The notes: generated by a model not told the origin, from the letters alone. A stretch of DNA of 64,000 nucleotides from Anthoceros angustus (GCA_010909165.1 VJWM01000108.1:1-64000), one strand, 5' to 3'; numbered from the stretch's first letter, positions 50,406-62,992 are shown. Translations and numbers: made by a program.

Positions 50406-52386
50406 ATTCTGAAATATTTGTCGGTTATGTGATGTTTAATCCAATGAGTTGCGTGGCTGGCCTTGAAATGAGCCATTGACAGGTCAAGATTTTTGGAATG
50501 GAGGCTTTGGTTATTGGGACTGACTGCGGGTGTTTTGTGACGGGAGAAGCTGGGCTGTTGGAGATTTACTGCGGCAGCTTCCCCCGGGCTGTGGCTCAGG
50601 TACTCCGCTGTCCCTGCATCGCATGCTGGCGCTGCAATTCACTCGTCTCTGCGTCGCGGTTTTGCCGGTAACTTTGCTCTTGGCATGGATTTTGTGGGTG
50701 GGTGCGGTTCGAGTCGTGTGGCATTCTGGGATCTGGGGAACGCGTGTAGCCCTAGCTGCTTTACCAGGAAGGACTCTTGTGAAGTCGGAATTTGGAGAGC
50801 GTTCTGAAAATTTGAGAAGGACCGGATGCTGGAACGAACTTGAGCATACGGGGACCCACTGTCGGGTGAATGTTGCAGTTCTTGTTTCTCTGGCGGCTGT
50901 GTTTTAGAATTTGTCCTTCGGCTGTGTTTTGCAGCCATTCCAGATTGTCTCTATTCCATCCAAGCCTATCGATGGCCAGAAGACGGGAACAAGTGGGCTG
51001 TGAAAAAAGGTAAGCCGAACAGATGTGAGGGGATTTCGGGATAATCAGTGCCAGCTGAGCTTACGTGTCGCGGTGCGAATCTGTCTGTGAAGTATGCTGG
51101 ATCGCCTGTTGCCGTGTACGGGTGTTGAGCCTGGGCTTGGTAGTTCGGCTGTTAAGAAGTGTAGCATGTGGGTTGGTGATATGGGGCTACTCCTTGCCAA
51201 CTACCTATCCCAGGTAATTAAGGGACATACCGTCGTTGATACTTCACAACTTGACAAAGCCTGGGTAAGATGCTACACACGCTTTCATACGGACTTCCAA
51301 TACAGACTCGCGTATTCTCTAGATACTGACTCGTGTAGGGGACACTCGCTGTCTACAAGCTAGGGTAAACAGGATTGCTGTCCGATGCGCAACCCTCTAG
51401 CAAATCTCACGCTGCATGCAAAGAATCAACAGATGTATGCTGCCACGATGTATGCTTGCACTCAAGACTTTCAATCCAAGTCTCAACAGATGGAATAGGA
51501 AGACGACACGAACTCCTGAGACAGTACTAGTATGGCAAGGGAATAGCTCGAGTAGCTCGCTCTAGCACACCTATGACGCTCAAGAGGTGAGATGGTGCTC
51601 AAAATGTCCGTCTGCTTGATGCGGGCCTTCCTGACCACGCCTCTTACACATCTTCTAGCCCAGATAGACTTACCACACAGGGTGGCAAGGATGCCTCTCT
51701 TCCACACAAATCATTTCATCACGAAACGGGGATCAGTCTAGTGGGGATCAACAAGAGACCTGCGACAGGCCGGTGGAGGACAGGAACACGAAAAGAGTGC
51801 TCGTTCTTCGCTCCTGCTGCATTAGTTTCGGGTTCGTGGCCTTCTGCGCGCCCATGTTTCCTCGCTTGCTCAGCACCTCCTTAGGGTTTTTCTGCAGCTG
51901 GGAGCTGACGACCGAATTTGGGCAGGTATCGGCATTTGACGATGGACATGGCCGCCATCCTGCCGCACAGTAGAAGGGACGAGAAGGGTGGGCTTAAGGG
52001 CAGTAAAGCTGATGTGACATTGACTGAGCTGGCGGATTCGAACGGTTGTTCGAGTTTGCCTTCGTTTCGAGGTTCGTGCCTTATCGACTGCAGTTGTAGG
52101 CAACTACTGAGGAGGAGGATGTGGCTCTGTGTTTTTGTTGCCATGCCACCTTCTTGGTCGTGACCCTAACATCCTGCTGTTTTCTGGGTTCAGTGCAGGA
52201 AGAAGGAGGATCTTTGACATGTGGCTTGCCAAGCCGCCCAGAGCTTTTTCAGCCAAGTTTCTTGTGAACGCAGGTGAATAGCAGTCTGCAATTGGTTTTT
52301 CTTCAGCTTGCAGGCGACCTTCTGTTGGAAGTAGGTGCGATTGTTTCATGTCTGCTTTTGATTTGGAGGCTCTGTGTGCTTTTCAG

Positions 52387-52512
52387 TTCATACGATGGAA
52401 GAGCTTAAGCTGACTGGTAATCACTTGACCGGCTCTCTGCACCTCTTGTTTGGTTCTCATCGACGTTTGACTTCCTGCCCCACTTCAGCTTTTGAAGGAG
52501 CTATTAACTCAG
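52387..52512 (+). pseudogene. LRR exon relic
   Basis: tttcag / gtatg-bounded segment reading MEELKLTGNHLTGSLHLLFGSHRRLT...FEGAIN. Confidence 0.55.
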
Positions 52513-53689
52513 GTATGTGTGCTCAAAATTACTGGAATGCGTTACAAGCAGTTGATTATATGGTTCTCATGTTTTTGGTACTGGGTTGAAGGTCTATTGC
52601 ACGGCGAAGGATCACTGGAAGTCAAAGCCGTTCTTTGATCACATTCTCTCATTTTCAGTGTTGGACAGCCGGATATGGTTCAGAAAGGATCAGGTAGTCC
52701 AGTTTCAATGTAGAAGTGTCTGCAGGTATTTCTTGTCGGACTAGTGAATTGCTGGCTGTCCCAAATGGATCATGCAGGTCTTTCCCGTATGGACTAACTA
52801 TTGAGCCATTCACAGATATGTCCCCCATCACCGGTCTCGAAATGCTGTTACGCCCGCGTTTGCAGAAGATGACGCTGAAAGAGGTGCACATTCAGATGTG
52901 TTTTTCAAAAAGTTGTGACGTTGTCACAGTTGCTTTTTCGCACTGGACCAAGGTTGACTTTAGATCTGATAAAGGTCTTTGGTGAAGCTTTAGTGGACAG
53001 ACACCGTACAAGAACCCTTTCTGTGTGTCTTCCAACAATGTTTGCCGTTTCCCCTGCAGCTCCATCCCTGGTCCGTATCAAGCTACACTTCTCTGTGACA
53101 TCTGTTGACAAATGGTTGGTCTTGCAATTTCGATCCGAAGCAAAGCGTACGAAAGATGGGAAAGAAAGTAACCCGTAGTGGACAAACTGGACTGTCGGAT
53201 GTGTACTGGTGACGTGAGACCTGTGGTACACGTTGAGCATACTTGTTGGTATGCTGCTGTTCATTCCACGGGCTGTTCCATTCTTGCCTTCTGCCGTGAA
53301 TCTTGTTTCTGTTTCCATGATGTTGCTTGCACAGTTTTGTAGGAAAACACGCATACTGGTTTCCTCTCATAACAGAAACGGCCTTCTTCTCTTCCCTTGC
53401 AAATGTGATTATCTCTACAGGCCATGCCAGATCCTCGAGGCTTCCTTTGTGAGAGGGCCTGGTGGTTGTTGGAAACGTGAAAGTTTTCGCTGTGTTGTGC
53501 TGATAAGTGGACAAGCCTTTCCCTATCTCTTTGTCACGGTAGACTAAACTTACGACGCACAGTTAAGCGGGAGAAATTGCAGGTGGCGGGGCTCTATCGT
53601 TAAGCCTTTTACTCCTTATGCAGGAATGAGGAACAGCTAGGGCTCGAGCCAGCCTTACCAGTAGAAGCAGCTGCTAGGACGTTGCATTT

Positions 53690-56100
53690 CTGAATGTTCC
53701 CTGCGGTCTGCCTTGCTCCGGCTGGCCCTATGGTAGGGAAGGGCTCTTGCTCGATGGCCTCCTCCACCACATCATCAGCGTCCGAATCCCAAGGCCATTC
53801 GGCTGCCAGAGGCCGATGCACGAGCCAGGGCAAGAGCAACTTGCAACAGGTTAGAAGGCATCGTCATAGCGCTCGACGTCACCAGATGTTTTTCACCAAC
53901 TCTGTCCAACACGACCCGAGCATCCTCTAGGCTCCTACACTTTGCATACATGTCTACCAAGCTGTTGGCAGCAAACACATCATCCTGAAGCTGTAGTTCT
54001 CTGATTTGTGTATGAAGCTGCTTTTCCACCTTCAAAGCTGGGTTGCCCACACTTGCACATGCCTGCAGGAGGCAAACCAATGTCATAGAATTGGGTGCAG
54101 CTAAAGCTTTTTCTTTACATAACACTAAAAAGTTCGAGGGCCTTCTTCCCCAGACCCTGCTTAGACTATCCGGCTAGCATGGCACTTCAGGTTACCACAT
54201 CTTTCTGAGGAAGGGCATCATGTACACGGTCAACATCCTCTAGGCTCCCGCACTTGGCATACGTGTCTACCAAACTGCTAGCTACAGCTTGAAGCCCTTT
54301 TTCTCTAATTTGTTTATGGAGCAGCTTCCCTTGCTCCACAGCCGTATTGGCAGCACTTGCACATGCTGGAGGGACACAAATGTCACAGAATCGTCTTGAA
54401 CCATGCATTCCTCTTGCATAACCTTATAAAGACTAAGGGCTTCATGCCCTATACCCCGCTGGGAGTAGCCTCCTATCATGGCATTCCATGCCACCACATC
54501 CTGTTAACCAAGTTTGGCAAAGACGCTCCGATCATGCGCATCATCTATGCTCCCACATTTTGTATACACGTTCACCAGGCTCACACCTACGACTAAGCCT
54601 CAAGTCTTTCTTGTCTAATCTGGGCATGAAGGTTTGGTCCATCGTGGGAAGTTGGGTCGGAGTAAAAAAGGAGAAAGCTGACCACTTATACCTGTGTGAA
54701 GAACTCCTCAAAAAGCTCAAGAGGAGCATTCCGGAGCAAGCTGAAGTCCTTGGCACCAGATCACGCACCTCTTCTGCGTCTGTCATGCTGCCGTCTGACT
54801 CCAAACCCAGGTTTGCAGCTTCCGCGTGTACGTCTCTTCCCTGCTGAAGATAGTCCGACTTCACTCTGCCCATCCTCAGATGACAACTTCTTCTTTTCCT
54901 GCCGGGGTGCCACACGCATGGAAAGCACTGACCAAGGTTCGCGCATCCGGCCTCACGCCCTCCTTCTGCATCTGCTTAAACACCTGGAAGCCCTTTCCTC
55001 CTGCGCCCTGCTGAGCACACGCTGCGTTCATGGGCAGCCCATGACACCATACCGCGCCCGGGCAATCGGTTGAACACCAGTTGTGTGTCCCGAATGCTCC
55101 CACACTGTGCCTACATACTAAGCAAAGTGTTGCAGACGAAGATGGCAGAATTAAGCCCCCACTCTGTAGCTCCTGCATGCACTTTCCTTGCTTCTCGCAG
55201 GGATCATGTCAGTTTCACATCTTGCCCATGTAAATATGGCGCTTTCCTCCTTTGCAGCAAGGCAGCCGCATGCACGAGGAGCTGTTACAAATGCGTGCAC
55301 ATCGTGCCTGCAGCGCTCCCTATGAGTCTGTCTGTCGACCTGCAAAGCTTTGAGTCCTTGGTCCTCCTCGGCATATCCTCGAGGCTATCACGGCATTCCA
55401 TTCCACCACATCACGCTTGCAAACCTTTAAACACCTGTTCAGCATCGTTGATGCGCCCGCACTTTGCGTACGTAGTATGTGTTTGATCGCCGTGTGTAAG
55501 GCTGCAGGTGTGAACTACGAAGTGTGGTCGACCAGCAGTGAACAATCACGAGCTGGAGATCCACAAGTTGGAGTTGGAGCTTCGTGTACCATGCATGGGG
55601 TTGGATGGAAGAGAACGCATGGTCGTCGTCCTTTGTCATGTTTGTGGATTATTTACACTTCACCAGCGGCTGCAGACGCATCAGACAACACTGCCGGACA
55701 ACTGCCGGACACCTGCATGTTTGGGGGTTTGAACAGTTTTATTATTCCATGGAAGTGCTACCAACATCCATGCTTTGTGGGCTGATAATGTGTTTCAATG
55801 GTGGTCAGCAATGCAACTTATGTGAAGGTTTGAATCATGTGAACAGATTCCCGAGCCAGTTTCCTTTGTACGAGTTGCTTGTGTCATGGCATTGGGTGGC
55901 AGGCACCGATGAAGGGCCTGCACACCCAGCGGAGCATGCAGGAAGCCCTTCGTCTGTCCAGTGCGATGCCAGCAGAGGGAATAGCTATAGCGGATTCTGT
56001 GACTTTTGTGTGATTGGGTTTCAGGCATAGACAACACTGCATCCACCCACCCTCCCATTGGCATACTGCATCTTCCCATGTTTTTTTCCTGTGCAGACCA
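53690..56100 (-). pseudogene. PLS-class pentatricopeptide-repeat pseudogene (multiple decayed motifs)
   Basis: VVAWNAMIGGYSQRGIGHEALSLYKVMQEE, SSLVDTYAKCGSLED, NSLVDMYAKCRSLEDARVV, FKQMQKEGVRPDARTLVSAFHAC; many stops and frameshifts. Confidence 0.88.
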
Positions 56101-56540
56101 AGTTCGTCTAAGATGTTCAAATGATTTCAGAAATGTTGCCTGTACAGTTGCGATCTGCTGTCGGCAGGCAACTTGAAGTTGACTGGGCTTGCCTGAGGTA
56201 AGTGTCTTCTACCTGTTACCTGTGGACGTTGGCCGTTCCGGTGGACAACATGGTCTCAAATCTCCGTCTTTAACAGTGAAGATGACTTGATTTTGCTCGT
56301 TGACGGGAACAGATTACTCACCAGGGGAATTGATCTGCAGGCTGAAAATGTTGTGATCCCAAGGATTCTGACACACATCTTCACAGGTCACGCACAACTG
56401 AGAGACAGAGACTCAATCGATATATGCCATGGTCACAGAAATTGATTGAGATGTATCAAAGAAGCAGCAAGGCTTCACTTGCATAATAATGTGTGATAAG
56501 TCACAGCAAGTTCTCTAAAACAAATAGTCACAATAACGGC

Positions 56541-56837
56541 CTAGGAAGATTTCCACGTCCAAAGGGCAGGCGTGGTGGAATAGTGGTAGAGAAAGGTGAA
56601 GGCCTGGTCCTAATAACGTTCTCCATGAATGTGTTCGTGTGAAACAGCTTGCACTCCCCTCCTCGGAGACGTTGATATTTTGCGATCGATCTCCAGAGTT
56701 CAAGCATTGATCGTCCTGCAGGCTTAGGGATGGGTTCTGCTTAGGCGATATTAGATTTCTGCATTCGGTGCCATCAAAGTTAGAGGAGACGACCGACAGC
56801 TTAAGCAAGGCTTTGGTTGCTGCTTTTGGAAACATGG
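56541..56837 (-). repeat. Chimeric module copy 3 (inverted relative to copies 1 and 2)
   Basis: Minus strand reproduces the head (MFPKAATKALLKLSVVSSNFDG frame) and the AKR-tail remnant. Confidence 0.75.
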
Positions 56838-59035
56838 AGAATTCAGAGGGCCAAGACCAGGCCAGGGGGCCAAAATCAGGCCAGACCGGATGCTGCTAGG
56901 CAAGGAGAAGGAGAGGTCGACCTCCGCACCCGATACGTAATCCCAATTGGCCCTTCTGCCCCAGAACTGGGCCTCGAAAGCGAAGGTGTTGAGAACGTTG
57001 GTGCGACACCGGTCCATCGAGGATTTCAGGACATTGAAGACGCGTGGCTTCCTTTTCAGGACTCTACGGTCTATAAGAAATGTTTGAGATAGCAGTTGCC
57101 ACCATGCGTGGAAAACCACAAATTGGATGCATGCAATCTCCAGATATGTCTTCATTACCGCAACCATTAAGGCCATTTTTGTAAATACGGAAGAATTGCT
57201 GCATCCAATCAGATTGGGCTTCCTTATCAGGAGTCTTAACTTCAAAGGTCTATACGAAATGTTGGAGCCAGTATTTGTCCAGCGGCACATGAAGCAAGAT
57301 ATAGTTCGTCTTCACAGGGATATGTAACACGAGTGCAATATTGCACCCGATTCTTTTACATTCCTGTGCCCTCTCCAGGGATGTGCAAGGGTGGCCAATT
57401 GGCACCTGGGAAGCCAACTTCATGCACAGATCAAAGGACAAGCCTTAGGATCCAAGCTGAGGTAGCTGTAGTCTGATAAGCGACTATTGATGTGGATGCT
57501 GCATCACTTGTTGCTGGAGTCAATGCCTGCTCAATTGCTTCTACCCAAACCTTATGCCCCAAGACATAGGGCAAATGTAGCAAATATCTTGCTCCCATTG
57601 TTGCTTGTCTCCATATGTTTTGTGATTGCACCGGGAGTGAAGGCCGGGTGAGGGTGTAGTTTGCCAGCTGATGCCAACCAGGCAAGCAAGGCAGGAGAGC
57701 ATGTGTTCGGAGAAGGCGGCCAGACAGAGAGTCCTGAGCTTAAGAACCGAGGTCGCTGAACTGTGCCAGGGCCAAGCAAGTCCACCTGTGGACTCGGTCC
57801 AGCTTCCGTCCTCTCCTCCATCACTGGCCAGGGTCATGATCCCACTCTTCCATATCTGGAGCAGCCGGTGAATTCAATTCTGGGCCAGTTCCCTCCTCCA
57901 TGCCCTCTCTACGCACCTGCGCAAGCATCCGCTTAGCCCTCGACCAGTATTGGACGAGCGTTGTGTGGAGGCTTGAAGTCGGCTCGTTGCTCAATTCCAT
58001 GTACATCTGGGAGTGAGATGCAGACCCGGGCTCGTCCGCGCGCTCTTCCTCCCCGACCGCACGGGCAAGTATGCCCCGAGGCCGGATCTCAAGTTCTCCA
58101 GCGAGCGATTCCTCCTGGTCCGTACCGAGGAGAATGCCCTGAGGCCGGCTCTCTTGTTCCCGGGGCTTCCCTAGGCCTAGCCCCGCCTCCACCTCCATTG
58201 CGCGATCCTCATCACCAGTAGCCTCCCGCGCATCGGGATCCGGAGCATTCCAGGCGACCTCCTTCTCCTTGCCTGGCAGCATCCGGCCTCACAGGATCGG
58301 CTCTTCCTCTGGGCATCGTCCTTCTGCCCCAGAAAGGAGCCTCGAAGGCAAAGGCTGCCCAGTCCACTTGCAGACCTCTGTGAGAGGCGCCATCATCGAG
58401 GAGAGGCTCCCCAGGCTGCCCTTGGTAGGTTACACCTTGTTTTTCAGAGTTCTCAAAAATCGAACAAGGCGGAAGGTGCTCGACAGGGCTTACTTCAGCA
58501 GCATGGGACTGAGTGACAAAGGTCTCAATCCAAGATGAATAAATTCTGCTGGATCGGGAAGGTGCCCTCATCCAGCCGAATTCGTCCTCCAAGTCCTGCG
58601 CAGTCACGATGGCATCAGGTCCCTGGGATTCAGGCCTTGGTCACTCAGCGTTATGCTGCGGAAGGAAGCCCTGCAGAGCAGCTGCCGCCTCCTTCTCTCC
58701 TCACCGCCAGGCATTGCCTCTTGCTGTTTTGGTGGCGCTATGTCACGCCCGAGTTCAAGTAAGGTCTTCCAATACCGGCAGCCTTGGTCGCGCCATGTCA
58801 CGCCCATCGAGTTCAAGTTAGGTCGTCCAACGCCAGCGGCCTGTTTTTAAATGGCGCCAACAGGGAAGGAAGCGGGAGAACAAGAGAGTTCCCTACACAT
58901 ACGTATTCCGCCCACTTGTCAAGTTAACGGTCCCGACGTACGGAAACCCTGCATCTTCCTTTTACTACGTCGGGAACCCTGCATCTGCCTTTTACTTACG
59001 CGCGGTCTGCTGCCAGTTCACGACCCGCTTCACTA

Positions 59036-59575
59036 CAGTCCACCCCCCCTAATTGGGACTGGTTCGGAGTGCCTTTAGAGGTCCCATTAAGGGAAGTGTC
59101 CCGATTGTATTTTCCCTATTTAAAAATAATAAAAATGTTATAAACTTAAAAAAAATCAAAAAATACCCAAAAAAAGAAAATTTAAATTTGGATTGATAGG
59201 TTTCACTAAAAATAACTTTTAACAATTCTTTATATAGTTGTTTGAAAGCTAGCACTCTCTCTAAGCAGCATCAAAAAACCTCTATCTATCATAAAGGAAA
59301 AAGCTTAGCTTAAGAGTCTTCAATCACACCTAAAAGTCTATTGTGCTCTCAAATAATAGATTCTTTTTTTTTCTTTTTTTAAATTTTTTTAGTAAAAAAA
59401 TTAGAAATCCCATTTAGGGAGGTGAAACTAACATGAATGTATGTTTCAAAAGGTCCCAATTATCATTTAGGGAAAAGTCCCATTTATTACATTGTAAACT
59501 AAAGGGAGTAGGATGGGAGGTCCCATTTAGAGAGGAATCCCATTTATAGAATTCCCAATTAGGGGGGGCCGACTG
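59036..59575. mobile_element. Non-autonomous Tc1/mariner-type (pogo-like) element, 540 bp
   Basis: TA flanks at 59034-35 and 59576-77; 23-bp TIRs CAGTCCACCCCCCCTAATTGGGA and CAGTCGGCCCCCCCTAATTGGGA; internal TCCCATT repeats. Confidence 0.85.
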
Positions 59576-60337
59576 TATATCGTTAGGGCCTACACGTTTG
59601 GACAAACGTGAGTTATGATTTTCCTTTTATCGAAATGTTTGAAAGTGGACTATCACTAACCCGAAGACCATTTTGCCCGAGGCTCGCGTTCTCGCGTCCG
59701 AGAACAAGATTCGACCAGCCCGCGATTGTTACCACCGCAACGTTGCCCTTTGACTCTTGTTGGACCATTACACCAACAATAATTGTGCTATGTACAATTA
59801 AGGTAGAAGAATCACTATGGGATAGAAAAATATATTGGTGAACGATAAAAGAAAAAAGACAAGAAAGTAGTGATAAAAAAAGATAATACAAAATAAAGGG
59901 ATGACGAAGAATCAGTCGAATAATATTTAAATAATTAGATAGAAAGAAATATTAAGAATAATTAATTTATTTCTATCAAAAATATTATTTGATATGTAAC
60001 ATGAAACAACCTTTAAAAATAGTAAGTCCTTATATTGCCGTATAGTGATGTAAGATCCTCATTGATATAGGATCCTCTTCACATAATAATTCTTGTCTTG
60101 AATTTGGGTGAGAAAAAGCTCTAATACCTATCAGTTGGGCAAAGCCTCAAGACAACATATGTGCATACGTATATGGCAGTCAGGAATGATATCTACATAT
60201 GTAAGTCTTTTCATTCTCTCCAACTATGCCAACATTTGTGGCGTGTGCATAGGTCCTTTCAATTTTTCCAAACAATATGTACTGCTAATTCGTCTTCTTG
60301 ATTATTCTTGGATTCCTTCCAAGCAATTAACGATATA

Positions 60338-61357
60338 CAGTTAGCCCTCCTTAATTGGAAAACCTATAGATGAGATCCCTCCCTTCGGATCTCGCTCCCC
60401 TTGAAAGTATGGAGGGATAAAAGGAAAAATTCCCTAAATGACAAATTGAACATACTAGGTTCAGACATTCAAAGTAATTGTACCTTCTTAATTGGGATTT
60501 CTCATTTTTTATTTTAAAATTTCTAAAATACAAAAATCCTTATTGATGTAAGCACATCATGATCCAAATAGGTTCATAATGGCTGGAGGTTCAATAGATT
60601 TCTAAGTGCAGTTGAAGACTCCTAAGCATAGCTTTTTCCTTTATGATAGACCAGTAAAGATTTTTTTTTATGCCGCTTAGAAGGAGTGTTGGCTCTTAAG
60701 CAGTTAGGTAGAAAAATAGTAAGGAACGTGGAGACTTTATGTAAGGAAAAGAGGTGGGAAATCCCATCTACCCTGAGACGAAGGGGACAACCCTCAGGAG
60801 GGCACTAGGCCAAGAGAGACTAGCCCCATGATCGTCCATCTTGAAACTACCTATTGCTCCGAGAATGTCATGGTTCGGGGTCTATCTACCACCGGTGCCG
60901 ACGATGCTGCATCTCCTAGGCTTGTTGCCGTCCTGTACACTACGTTGGCCAATGCCCTCTGCAGGGCCGTCGACATCCATTGCCTGAAGAAAGCCACTGA
61001 ACAAGAAAGGGAGAGACCAACCCCATTCTTCGGACTCTGGTATTCCTTGGCACAAGCCTTGATGAACTTGGAGAAATCCTTGCCCATGGCCCCGTGAGCC
61101 TCGATGGCAAGGGGGATGAACGCGTGGCCACCCTGAAAAGTAATAGGTACTAGTGAGTTGGTTTTAGTGAAACCCATTGATTGAAATCTAAATTTTTCTA
61201 TCTTTTAGATTTTTAGATTTTATTATTTATTTTAAATTGGAAAAATGCAATTGGGATACCTCCGACCTCTAAAGTCGCTTCCATATGGAAGCAGCTTTCG
61301 AGGTCTAAGTCCCTAATTGGGACTACATGCATGTAGTCCCAATGAGGGAGGGCTGAG
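60338..61357. mobile_element. Related Tc1/mariner-type element carrying a CRE-like fragment (copy A)
   Basis: TA + CAGTTAGCCCTCCTTAATTGGAA left TIR; degraded right TIR TCCCAATGAGGGAGGGCTGAG + TA. Confidence 0.6.
60730..61135 (-). mobile_element. CRE-like non-LTR retrotransposon 3' end (RLE C-terminus), copy A
   Basis: FIPLAIEAHGAMGKDFSKFI...WMSTALQRALA is the typical post-endonuclease F.P...E..G / W...LQR..A signature of CRE-clade elements. Confidence 0.7.
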
Positions 61358-62004
61358 TAGCGACAAAGCGTCAGTGGCAACTAGCTCATAAGCGTCATCC
61401 CTTCGACATTTGGGAGCTGCTCCCGGTTGGCCACCACAGAACTGTGCTATGTACAATTAAGGTAGAAGAATCACTATGGGATAGAAAAATATATTGGTGA
61501 ACGATAAAAGAAAAAAGACAAGAAAGTAGTGATAAAAAAAGATAATACAAAATAAAGGGATGACAGAACCGAATCAGTCGAATAATATTTAAATAATTAG
61601 ATAGAGAAATATTAAGAATAATTAATTTATTTCTATCAAAAATATTATTTGATATGTAACATGAGCAACCTTTAAAAATAGTAAGTCCTTATATTGCCAG
61701 TATAGTGATGTAAGATCCTCATTGATATAGGATCCTCTTCCACATAATAATTCTTGTCTTCGGAATTTGGAGCTGATCAGAAAAAGCTCTAATACCTATC
61801 AGTTGGGCAAAGCCTCAAGACAACATATGTGCATACGTATATGGCAGTCAGGAATGATATCTACATATGTAAGTCTTTTCATTCTCTCCAACTATGCCAA
61901 CATTTGTGGCGTGTGCATAGGTCCTTTCAATTTTTCCAAACAATATGCATGACTAATTGTCTTCTTGATTATTCTTGGATTCCTTCCAAGCAATTAACGA
62001 TATA

Positions 62005-62992
62005 CAGTTAGCCCTCCTTAATTGGAAAACCTATAGATGAGATCCCTCCCTTCGGATCTCGCTCCCCTTGAAAGTATGGAGGGATAAAAGGAAAAATTCC
62101 CTAAATGACAAATTGAACATACTAGGTTCAGACATTCAAAGTAATTGTACCTTCTTAATTGGGATTTCTCATTTTTATTTTAAAATTTCTAAAATACAAA
62201 ATCCTTATTGATGTCATAGCACATCCAAATAGGTTCATAATGGCTGGAGGTTCAATAGATTTCTAAGTGCAGTTGAAGACTCCTAAGCATAGCTTTTTCC
62301 TTTATGATAGACCAGTAAAGATTTTTTTTTATGCCGCTTAGAAGGAGTGTTGGCTCTTAAGCAGTTAGGTAGAAAAATAGTAAGGAACGTGGAGACTTTA
62401 TGTAAGGAAAAGAGGTGGGAAATCCCATCTACCCTGAGACGAAGGGGACAACCCTCAGGAGGGCACTAGGCCAAGAGAGACTAGCCCCATGATCGTCCAT
62501 CTTGAAACTACCTATTGCTCGAATGTCATGGTTCGGGTCTACTCTGCCGGTCAAGCGATCTTGCATCTCCACAGGCTTGTTGCCGTCACCTCGTTGGCCA
62601 ATGCCCTGCGGGGCCGTCGACATCCATTGCAAGAAAGCCTTGAACAAGAAAGGAGAGACCAACCCCATTCTTCGGACTCTGGTATTCCTTGGCACAAGCC
62701 TTGATGAACTTGGAGAAATCCTTGCCCATGGCCCGTGAGCCTCGATGGCAAGGATGAGCAGCGTGGCCACCCTGAAAAGTAATAGGTACTAGTGAGTTGG
62801 TTTTAGTGAAACCCATTGATTGAAATCTAAATTTTTCTATCTTTTAGATTTTTAGATTTTATTATTTATTTTAAATTGGAAAAATGCAATTGGGATACCT
62901 CAGGCCTCTAAAGTCGGCTTCCATATGGAGGCGACTGAGGTCTGTCTCTAATTGGGACTACATGCATGTAGTCCCAATGAGGGAGGGCTGAG
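62005..62992. mobile_element. Copy B of the Tc1/mariner-type element with CRE-like fragment (62389-62774)
   Basis: Same TIRs and insert as copy A, within the tandem duplication. Confidence 0.6.

Noticed and set aside
52900-53550. Malectin-like plus transmembrane segments completing an LRR-RLK
   Set aside because: The resemblance (FSVTSVDKWLVLQF) is too weak to support without a profile search.
58852-58866. TGGCGCCAACAGGGA resembles a tRNA-Lys primer-binding site
   Set aside because: It has a 2-nt gap versus the consensus, no preceding LTR CA end and no gag downstream; it fits equally as a GC box next to a TATA-like TTTAAAAA on the minus strand.
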